From assembly GCA_017882375.1 (NCBI GenBank), contig JADGPP010000003.1, forward strand, positions 9,961-73,960: a stretch of DNA of 64,000 nt, given 5' to 3'. Made by a program: the position numbers and the translations under genes. The notes beneath the pieces are model-generated. The model saw only the letters and a program-made list of their open reading frames with translations, made no database searches and was not told where the DNA came from. The DNA comes from Solirubrobacteraceae bacterium. GTDB lineage: Bacteria; Actinomycetota; Thermoleophilia; Solirubrobacterales; Solirubrobacteraceae. Positions 9,538 to 16,957 of the stretch are shown in pieces (the stretch's first letter is position 1; each line of letters opens with the position of its first letter).

Positions 9538-10791
9538 TCACGATCGCAGAGCCTCGGCCAGCGCTCCGGGAAGCGCTCGCGCCACCTCGAGCACCAGGCG
9601 GGTCGCGTCGGCGACCGTCGCGTACTCGAGGTTTGCCGGGACGTCGCTGGCGAGGTGGTAGTTGGCGGGGCTGCGCCAGTCGGTCATCGACACCAGCGTG
9701 GCAATCGGGTACCCGGCGCGACTGGGGATCACGCTGTCGGTCGAGGCTCGCGCGCGAAATCCGCGGTGCAGCGTCGTCCCGAGCCGCTCGGCGTGGGCGG
9801 CGAGAAGGTCGCGCATCCACGGCCCGGCGTAGCTCTCCATCCACACCGGTCCCTCGGCCTCGAGCATCACCAGGTGCGGCGAGCCGACCGTGTCCAGGTT
9901 CACGAACGCCGTGCGCTGCGGCTCGAGCTCTCCGCGGTGGCGCGCGACGAACGCGCGAATGCCGTCCTGCAGCGTCTCCTCCGCGCCGCACGAGACGAGC
10001 AACACGCGCAGCCCCGGGACGGGGTCCTGCTGGAACAGGTGCGCGAGAGCGACCAGCGCGGCGACGCCAGAGAGGTTGTCGTTGGCGCCTTGGACGGTCT
10101 CGTTGCGCCAGATGTCCGCCACGGCCGCCGTGCCGAGCAGCCCGACGGCGAGGCCCGCGCGCGCAAACCCGCGCCGCCCGGTGAGCGCCGCCGCGACCGT
10201 CGCCAGCCCCCCGCCCAGGCCTATCCACCACTGCGGCAGCGGCGTCTTGAACCGTTCGAGCACCTGTGGCGCACGCTCGTGCAGCCGTCGCTGCAGCTTC
10301 TGGTCGAACAGCATCCCCGACTGCGGAGCGTCGTGATGCGCGAGCACCACCAGCGTGCTCGCGTCGCGGTCGTCGCCTCCAAGCGCGCCGCGCTCACCGA
10401 TGCGCGCGATCAGATTGACGGTACGCCTGCGGCGGCGCACCAGGCGGCGCAGTATCCGCGGGCCGTTCTGCGCCTCGTCGACGATGCCCGCAAACGCCGT
10501 CAGCGCGACCAGGCCGCCGGCCGCGCGCCGGCCGCGCAGCACCAGCGTGGCGCCGGCGATCCCCAGCAGACCCAGGCCGGTGGCGGTCGGCGGGAACGTT
10601 CCCCACGAGTCCTCGTCCTCGAGCGCCACCTCCACCCCCGGCACGGCGCGCAGCCTTGCGGCAAGCCAGTCGGCGGCCTCGCGCTCACCGGGCGAGCACG
10701 GCGTGCGGTCGATCGGCGCGAGCGTCTCCACCACCTCGCGCAGAACGGCATCGAGCGCCGTGTCGCCGAGCGGCTGCTGTTGCTCGCTCAC
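9538..10791 (-). CDS. M28-family metallopeptidase with internal hydrophobic segments
   Basis: AHHDA, GANDNLSGVAAL, GAEET, NLDTVG, YHLASD zinc motifs; start moved to GTG 10791 (MSEQQQPLG), overlapping the upstream stop. Confidence 0.85.
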   Translation of the reverse strand: MSEQQQPLGDTALDAVLREVVETLAPIDRTPCSPGEREAADWLAARLRAVPGVEVALEDEDSWGTFPPTATGLGLLGIAGATLVLRGRRAAGGLVALTAFAGIVDEAQNGPRILRRLVRRRRRTVNLIARIGERGALGGDDRDASTLVVLAHHDAPQSGMLFDQKLQRRLHERAPQVLERFKTPLPQWWIGLGGGLATVAAALTGRRGFARAGLAVGLLGTAAVADIWRNETVQGANDNLSGVAALVALAHLFQQDPVPGLRVLLVSCGAEETLQDGIRAFVARHRGELEPQRTAFVNLDTVGSPHLVMLEAEGPVWMESYAGPWMRDLLAAHAERLGTTLHRGFRARASTDSVIPSRAGYPIATLVSMTDWRSPANYHLASDVPANLEYATVADATRLVLEVARALPGALAEALRS

Positions 10792-12005
10792 AAAAAGCAC
10801 CCGCCCTCGCCGCGGTAGGTCGGCACCTCGTCGACGATCTCCTCGCCTTCGAGCAAATGCAGGCTGGAGAAGCGCTCGCACAGCTCGCCCGCCTTGGCGT
10901 GGCGCAGGTACACGCGATCGCCGATCGCCAACTCGTCGGCCACCTGGCCGATCAGCGGCGTCTGCACCTCTCCGGCCCCCTCCTGACCGTCCAGCCGCAG
11001 CCCGGAGGGAAGGTATGGCTGAGGCAGGCGGGCGGCGTCGGCGGGTCCGGACGCCAGGTAGCCGCCGCCGAGTGCCGTCACGACTCCGCGGCCGGGGCGC
11101 CTGACCACGGGCAGAGCGAACAGCGCCGCCGGCCGTGGGCGAAACGCGCTGTAGGCGTCGAACTGCGCCGGGCCGTACAGCCCCGACCCGGCCGTCACCT
11201 CCGTCACCGCCGCCTCCGCCGACGTGCGCTCCAGGCTGCCCGTGCCGCCACCGTTGACCAGCTCGAGCGGCGGCCGACCGGCGCACTGCAGAACCTGCGC
11301 CACCGCCGGCACGACCGCGGCACGCCGACCCGCCAGCTCGCGCGCCGACAGCGCCTGCACGAGACCGATCGCGCGGGCGCGCAACGGCCGGCCGGGCGGC
11401 CTGTCGCCGAGGCCGGCGATCTGCGCCTCGTACATCATCACCCCCACCAGCGCCAGGCGCTCGCGCGCGACGATCGCCCGGGCCAGCTCGGCGGCCTGTT
11501 CGGGCGAGTGCGTCGGCGAGCGCTTGACGCCGACCCGCACCCGCCCGCCGAGCGTCCGCCAGCCGGAATCGACGTCGATGCAGACGCGCACCGCAGCCGC
11601 GCCCGAGGTCCCGATCGCCCCCTGCAGCGACTCGAGCTGCTCGGCGCTGTCGACCATCACCGTGATCCGCTCGGCCGCCGACTGCGATCGCTCGGCCAGC
11701 GTGCGCAGCGCCGGAGCGTCGGCCGTCGGGTAGGCGACGAGGATGTCGTCGGTCCCGTGCGAGGCCAGCCACAGCGCCTCGGGCAGCGTGAACGCAAGCG
11801 TGCCCTGAAAGCCGCCGCGCGTCAGGACTTGCTGCTGCAGCGCGCGACAGCGCAGCGACTTGCTGGCGAGCCGAATCGGCTTGCCGCCCGCCCGGCGTTC
11901 GAGGTCCTCGGCGTTCGCGCGCAGAGCGTCCAGGTCGACGAGCGCGAACGGCGCCTGCAGGGCGGCGGTCGCGCGCTCCAGGCGCGTGTAGGCCGCCTCA
12001 GCCAC
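10788..12005 (-). CDS. Alanine-racemase-fold PLP enzyme (amino acid deaminase/aldolase, DSD1-like)
   Basis: PFALVDLDALRANA, IRLASKSLRC (PLP Lys), GVMMYEAQIAG, NGGGTGS, EVTAGSG, GAGEVQTP, RHAKAGE; start GTG 12005. Confidence 0.85.
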   Translation of the reverse strand: MAEAAYTRLERATAALQAPFALVDLDALRANAEDLERRAGGKPIRLASKSLRCRALQQQVLTRGGFQGTLAFTLPEALWLASHGTDDILVAYPTADAPALRTLAERSQSAAERITVMVDSAEQLESLQGAIGTSGAAAVRVCIDVDSGWRTLGGRVRVGVKRSPTHSPEQAAELARAIVARERLALVGVMMYEAQIAGLGDRPPGRPLRARAIGLVQALSARELAGRRAAVVPAVAQVLQCAGRPPLELVNGGGTGSLERTSAEAAVTEVTAGSGLYGPAQFDAYSAFRPRPAALFALPVVRRPGRGVVTALGGGYLASGPADAARLPQPYLPSGLRLDGQEGAGEVQTPLIGQVADELAIGDRVYLRHAKAGELCERFSSLHLLEGEEIVDEVPTYRGEGGCFL

Positions 12006-13374
12006 CGGCGGAGCCCTCGACGACCGAACCCAGGGCGGAGCCTTCGGCGACCGGGCCCAGCACGCGGTCGGTCCACTCGTTGGCGAAGCGGCCGCGCGGG
12101 TCCAGGCGTGCGCGCACGGCCTGAAAGCGCTCCCAGTCCGGATAGCGCGCGCGCAGCGTGTCGGCCGTCTGAAAGTGGCGCTTGCCCCAGTGCGGCCGGC
12201 CGCCCAGCTCGTCCATGATCGCCTCGACCGCGCGAAAGTACGGCTGCCACTGCATCCCCTCGAACATGTGCACCGCGATGTAGCCGCTGTCGCGGCCGGC
12301 AGCCGTGCTGAGGAAGGCGTCGTCGGGCGCCACCGTGCGCACCTCGATCGGGAACGGCACGGCAAAGCCGCGCTGCTCGATCGCCTCCAGCACACGCCGC
12401 ACGGCCTGCGGCGTGTGCTCGCGCGGCAGCGCGTACTCCATCTCGGTGAAGCGCACCAGGCGCGGGCTGGCGAAGATCGCCGCCGAGCGGTCGACGCGCT
12501 CGCTGCGCCCGGCCAGGCGCGTTACCAGTCGGTTGATCTGCGGTATGCGTCCGGGCAGGCGGCGCCCGGCGCGGCAGAGCAGCCCGAACGCGTGGTTGGT
12601 GAGCAGCACGTCGTTCGTGTACGCCGCGAGCCGGCTGCGCGGCTTCGGCGGCTCGTCGGTGCGATTGTTCGTGCGCGTCAGCGCCACGTCGGCATGCGGG
12701 AAGACGAAGAACTCGAAGTGGTCGTTGCCGAGCGCGAGCTCCTCGAAGCGCTCCAGCGTCTGCGCGAGCGGCGCCGGCGCGTCGAGGCCGCGCAGCGTGA
12801 ACGCCGGCACGCAGTGCAGCGTCACCTCGGCGATCACACCCAGTGCGCCCAGGCCAACGCGTGCCGCGCCGAAGATCTCCTGATCGCGCTCGGGCGAGCA
12901 GACCAGCGTGGAGCCGTCGGCGAGCACCAGCGTCAGCTCGACCACCTGTGCGGAGATGTTGCGCAGGCGCGCGCCCGTCCCGTGCGTGGCCGTCGAGATC
13001 GCCCCGGCGATGCTCTGAACGTCGATGTCGCCGAGGTTCTCCATCGCCAGGCCATGCGCGTCCAGGCGCCGGCTCAGGTCGCCGATCGTGATGCCCGCCT
13101 GCGCGCGCACCAGGCCGCTGGAGGTGTCGACGTCGAGCACGCGCGACAGCCGATCGAGACGCACCTGCGCGCCCTCGCTGCAGGCGATCTCGCTGAACGA
13201 ATGCCCAGCGCCAACCGCGCGCACGCGTTGCCCGCTGTCCCCGGCGCGTGCGATCGCCGCCGACAGCTCCTCGATCGACCCCGGCCGCTGCACCGTGACG
13301 GGCGTGCAGAGCTGGTCGCCGGCCCAGTTCTGCCACCGCGGAGAGTGCTGGTGGGGATCGCTAGTCTCGCTCAT
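11998..13374 (-). CDS. D-arabinono-1,4-lactone oxidase-like FAD-linked oxidoreductase
   Basis: WQNWAG, GAGHSFS, NLGDIDVQSIAGAISTATHGTG, RFTEMEY, GGRPHWGK, DPRGRFAN. Confidence 0.9.
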   Translation of the reverse strand: MSETSDPHQHSPRWQNWAGDQLCTPVTVQRPGSIEELSAAIARAGDSGQRVRAVGAGHSFSEIACSEGAQVRLDRLSRVLDVDTSSGLVRAQAGITIGDLSRRLDAHGLAMENLGDIDVQSIAGAISTATHGTGARLRNISAQVVELTLVLADGSTLVCSPERDQEIFGAARVGLGALGVIAEVTLHCVPAFTLRGLDAPAPLAQTLERFEELALGNDHFEFFVFPHADVALTRTNNRTDEPPKPRSRLAAYTNDVLLTNHAFGLLCRAGRRLPGRIPQINRLVTRLAGRSERVDRSAAIFASPRLVRFTEMEYALPREHTPQAVRRVLEAIEQRGFAVPFPIEVRTVAPDDAFLSTAAGRDSGYIAVHMFEGMQWQPYFRAVEAIMDELGGRPHWGKRHFQTADTLRARYPDWERFQAVRARLDPRGRFANEWTDRVLGPVAEGSALGSVVEGSAGG

Positions 13375-13377
13375 CAG

Positions 13378-14502
13378 ATGACCGAGCCCGAGCCTACTGC
13401 GAGCCCGGCCGCTCGCGCCTCGCGCGCGCGCTCGCGGCCGACGCCGGGCGCCAGGCGGGCCACCGTGATCGGGGCCGGCTCCTTCGGGACGGCGCTCGCC
13501 GTCCTGCTCGCGCGCGGTGGGCTGCGCACGACGCTTCAGACACGCACGCCCGAGCAGGCGGCGACGCTCGATTCCGAGCGCCAGAACAGCGTGTACCTGC
13601 CGGGCGTCGAGCTGCCCGCGCAGCTGCGCATCGAACCCGCTTCGGCGGGCGTCGAGCGTGCGGACTACGTGTTTCTGGCTGTGCCCTCGCGCGGCCTTGC
13701 CGAGGTGATCGCGACGCTCGGATCCGGCGGCCTCGGCCGGCGCGCGGCCGTCGTGTCGGTCGCCAAGGGACTCGTCCCGCCCGAGGGCCTGCCGCCCACC
13801 ACCGTCCTCAGCGCCGCGTTCGGCGCCGGTCGCGTGGCCTGCGTCGGCGGCCCTGCGCACGCCCAGGAGATGGTGCACCACGGAGCCGGACTAGTCGCCG
13901 CGTCCAGCGACGAGGAGCTCACGCGCTCGCTCGCCCAGGTCTTTACCCGCGCAGGCGTCGTCTGCGAGCAGTCCAACGACCCGATCGGCGTCGAGCTCGC
14001 GGGCGCCGCCAAGAACGCCGCCGCGCTGGCAGCCGGCGCGACCGAGGCGCAGGGGCTCAACGCCGCCGGAGCCGCCGCCGGGCACATCTTCGCCGAGGTC
14101 TGGCGCTACGCCGAGGGTCTCGGCGCGCGTCCCGAGTCGATGATCGGGCTCGCCGGCGCCGGCGATCTCGTCGCGACCGCGCTCGCGCCCGAGAGCCGCA
14201 ACCGCCGCGCCGGAGAACTGCTCGCCGCCGGCGTACCCGCCGCCGAGATCCCCGCCCGCATCGGCCAGGCCGTCGAGGCGCTGGAGTCCGTCCCGCTGCT
14301 CGCCCGCGCGCTTGAGCGAGCAGGCGTGGGCACCCCCGTCACCGGCGCGCTCGCGCGCCTGATCGCCGGCGAGTTGCCACTTGACGACTGGGTCGCACTC
14401 GTCCGCGCGACCGTCCCGCCTCCCGCGCGCTGGCGCCGGCGCCCGCAGCCCGGCTTCTGGCGACGCTTCTGGCGACGCTTCTGGCGACGGCTCGCCGGTT
14501 GA
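13378..14502 (+). CDS. gpsA: NAD(P)H-dependent glycerol-3-phosphate dehydrogenase
   Basis: VIGAGSFGTALA, AVPS, SVAKG, GGPAHAQE, DPIGVELAGAAKN, GLAGAGDLVAT, SRNRRAG. Confidence 0.9.
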   Translation: MTEPEPTASPAARASRARSRPTPGARRATVIGAGSFGTALAVLLARGGLRTTLQTRTPEQAATLDSERQNSVYLPGVELPAQLRIEPASAGVERADYVFLAVPSRGLAEVIATLGSGGLGRRAAVVSVAKGLVPPEGLPPTTVLSAAFGAGRVACVGGPAHAQEMVHHGAGLVAASSDEELTRSLAQVFTRAGVVCEQSNDPIGVELAGAAKNAAALAAGATEAQGLNAAGAAAGHIFAEVWRYAEGLGARPESMIGLAGAGDLVATALAPESRNRRAGELLAAGVPAAEIPARIGQAVEALESVPLLARALERAGVGTPVTGALARLIAGELPLDDWVALVRATVPPPARWRRRPQPGFWRRFWRRFWRRLAG

Positions 14503-14587
14503 CGCTCGCGCGGCGAGCTACACGGCTTGGCTCCTGCGCGTCGAGCGGCGGTAGGGCGCGGGGGGTGTGATGTTGCTTTTGGAGCGC

Positions 14588-14683
14588 GCGATAGCAAAGG
14601 TATATACGTTGTAGATACCATGGTGCACCGACTCTGCAAGTGGACATACAAGTCCTCCGCGGTGTAAATACCATCGCTATCGC
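14588..14683. repeat. REP/REPIN-like element copy A
   Basis: GCGATAGCAAAGGTATATAC (14588-14607), GTT, GTAGATACCATGG (14611-14623), and a second right arm GTAAATACCATCGCTATCGC (14664-14683). Confidence 0.8.
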
Positions 14684-14685
14684 TA

Positions 14686-14810
14686 TCTCCCACGCCCATC
14701 TCCCATCTCCCATCTCCCATCTCCAACGCCCATCTTCCATCTCCCACGACCGTCTCCCACGACCGTCTCCCACGTCCAACGCCCACGTCAAACGCCCATC
14801 GTCCATCCCT
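14686..14810 (+). repeat. C-rich low-complexity tract of CCCATCT and CTCCCACGAC units
   Basis: Tandem CCCATCT heptamers around 14695-14745, then CGTCTCCCACGAC-like repeats. Confidence 0.8.
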
Positions 14811-14834
14811 ATACCGCCAGGAGGCTCACACCTG

Positions 14835-15116
14835 ATGCCCGCCGCAGACGACGAAGTCGATCCAACGAAAGGGCTGTCGCTCGATCCAGATCAGTTTCAC
14901 GAGCAGCAGGCCCGGCGCGAGAAGATCCTCTCCATGCAGGACGCCATTCGCCCCGGCCGCACGACCCCCATCGCCATCCGCTTCGACCAGTTCACGCTCG
15001 AGCGGCTGAAGGCGCTCGCCGCGCTGCACAACACCGGCTACCAGACGCTGCTCAAGGAGTTCGTCGTCGAGCGCCTCTACGAGGAGGAGAAGCGCGCCGG
15101 AATCATCGATCGATGA
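14835..15116 (+). CDS. CopG/BrnA-like ribbon-helix-helix antitoxin (orphan)
   Basis: PIAIRFDQFTLERLKALAALHNTGYQTLLKEFV matches the RHH ...GYQTL pattern; AGGAGG ribosome-binding site upstream of ATG 14835. Confidence 0.75.
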   Translation: MPAADDEVDPTKGLSLDPDQFHEQQARREKILSMQDAIRPGRTTPIAIRFDQFTLERLKALAALHNTGYQTLLKEFVVERLYEEEKRAGIIDR

Positions 15117-15930
15117 GCGTGCTCACGACCGCCTCGTAGACGCCCGCGCCGTGGCCGGCCTCGGCGACCCGCACGTTGTCGTGCGCAGCCGCCGCCTCGG
15201 CGATCGACGGGTCGCGCTCGACGGCATTTGCGACCAGCCAGAACGTCTGCACGTGCTCGGCGCACGCCAGGTCCTCGCGCGAGTCGCCCACCGCGAACGT
15301 CTCCCCGCGTGAATATCCACGCGCGCGGCTGTGGAAAGCGACCGCCGCCGCCTTCGACGCGCTGATCGGCAGCAGGTGGTAGCCGCGCACGTGCGGCAGC
15401 TCGGCCAGCGCCGGCGAGCGGCGGTTGACGACGCCGTTGTCGACCAGGCGCAGGTTGCCGTGACCGCGCTCGGCGAGCAACGCGTCGGCCTCGAACGCAT
15501 CCACCAGCCCGCGGAACAGGTGCGAGACCTCGCGCTGCACGTGCCACGGCTCGTGGTACTCCAGACGGCCGGCGTAATGCTCCAGCAGCAGATCCGGCGC
15601 ACCCGAGCGCTCGATCTGCTCGGCGATCGTCAGCTCGCCCGGCTGCAGGTCGCCCGTCAGCCAGTTCTCCTCGCCGTCGAGCACCACGCACGCCCCCGCC
15701 TCGTAGATGAACGACGCCTGACCGAGCAGGCGCGCGTCCTCGTACACCTGCGCACGCCGGCGGCCCGACATCAGCACGACCTCCACGTCCGCGCGCAGGC
15801 ACGCCTGCACCGCGCGCACGCCGTCGATCGAAACCGCCCCATCGCCGTCGTGCAGCAGCGACGCGCCGCGGCCGAGCAGCGTGCCGTCGAGGTCGACGTA
15901 CAGGCAGCGCACCCGAGCGCCGGCGCTCAC
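15103..15930 (-). CDS. HAD-IIB (Cof-like) phosphatase, candidate glucosyl/mannosyl-3-phosphoglycerate phosphatase
   Basis: YVDLDGTLL, MSGR, SKAAAV, VGDSREDL; GTG start overlaps the gpgS stop. Confidence 0.82.
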   Translation of the reverse strand: MSAGARVRCLYVDLDGTLLGRGASLLHDGDGAVSIDGVRAVQACLRADVEVVLMSGRRRAQVYEDARLLGQASFIYEAGACVVLDGEENWLTGDLQPGELTIAEQIERSGAPDLLLEHYAGRLEYHEPWHVQREVSHLFRGLVDAFEADALLAERGHGNLRLVDNGVVNRRSPALAELPHVRGYHLLPISASKAAAVAFHSRARGYSRGETFAVGDSREDLACAEHVQTFWLVANAVERDPSIAEAAAAHDNVRVAEAGHGAGVYEAVVSTLIDR

Positions 15931-16937
15931 GCGCGGCTCCCCCGCCGCTCGCCCAGGGTCGCGGCCGCGTGCCCCGGTCTGGCGCCGTCGCTCACGGCGC
16001 TCTCCGAGAGCCCCGCCAGGCTCGCCAGCGGCGGGCGCTCCGGCGGAGCGAGTGCCGCCGCCGCGCCGTCCGGCGTCAGGCGGCCCTCCTGCTCCAGGCG
16101 CCGCGCGATCGTCGCCAGCACCGTCAGCGCCATCGGCGACAGCGCCGACAGCGTCTGGTGGCGGTTGTGGTGCTGCTCGAGGTCGACCTGTGCGATCCCC
16201 TCGATGCCGACCGTTCGCCACGCGTCGATCAGCATCGCGATCTCCACGCCGTAGCCCGTCGCAAACGGCAGGCGCTCCAGCAGCTCCCTGCGCGCCGCCA
16301 CCTCGCCCGCCAGCGGCTGGCGGATCTGCGCGAGCTGCGGATAGAACAGCGCCAGCGCCGGTCGCGCCATCAGGTGGTTCACGCGGCCGCCTTCCTCGGC
16401 TGGGTCCGCGTCGTGGCCTTGCGCGCCGCCGGTCAACGGCCGCCGGTAGAAGGCCTTGACGAACGACACGTCCGGCTCGCACAGCAGCGGGCCCAGCAGG
16501 CCCGTCGCGAAGTGCGCCGAGAAGCGCTCGCTGTCGGCGTCCACGAAGCACACCACGTCGCTCTCCAGCCTCGACAGCGTGCGCCACATCGCATCGCCCT
16601 TGCCCAGCACCGGCCCGAACGACGGCAGCAGATCGTCCTCTTGCCAGACCTCCGCCCCCGCCTGCGCCGCCAACTCGGCCGTGCCGTCCGGCGAGGCTGC
16701 GTCGATGACCACGATCCGATCGAGCGCGCCCGCCTCGCGCAGGGCGCCCAGCGCGCCGACGATCTCCCCCACCGTGCCCGCGCATTCGCGCGCCGGCAGG
16801 CACACCGACACGCTCAGCCCGCGCTGCGCGCGCGCCGCCACGATCCGCTCGGGCGTGTACGCCGAGTGGCAAAACGTCCGCGCTTTCGCCCGGTCGTTGC
16901 TCGCATCGTCTCCTACGCTCGCGCCGGCTGCGGCCAT
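15927..16937 (-). CDS. gpgS: Glucosyl-3-phosphoglycerate synthase (GT81)
   Basis: SVCLPAREC, GKGDAMWR, FVDAD, VKAFYRRP, GGRVNHL, QPLAGEVA, GYGVEIAML. Confidence 0.85.
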   Translation of the reverse strand: MAAAGASVGDDASNDRAKARTFCHSAYTPERIVAARAQRGLSVSVCLPARECAGTVGEIVGALGALREAGALDRIVVIDAASPDGTAELAAQAGAEVWQEDDLLPSFGPVLGKGDAMWRTLSRLESDVVCFVDADSERFSAHFATGLLGPLLCEPDVSFVKAFYRRPLTGGAQGHDADPAEEGGRVNHLMARPALALFYPQLAQIRQPLAGEVAARRELLERLPFATGYGVEIAMLIDAWRTVGIEGIAQVDLEQHHNRHQTLSALSPMALTVLATIARRLEQEGRLTPDGAAAALAPPERPPLASLAGLSESAVSDGARPGHAAATLGERRGSRA

Positions 16938-16957
16938 CGCCTCTACTATCGCAACCC

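Noticed and set aside
9538-13881. Very long ORF calls of 744, 535 and 627 aa suggesting multidomain fusions
   Set aside because: The N-terminal parts are off-frame read-through of neighbouring genes. True starts at 10791, 12005 and 13374 give normal-size proteins with coupled overlaps.
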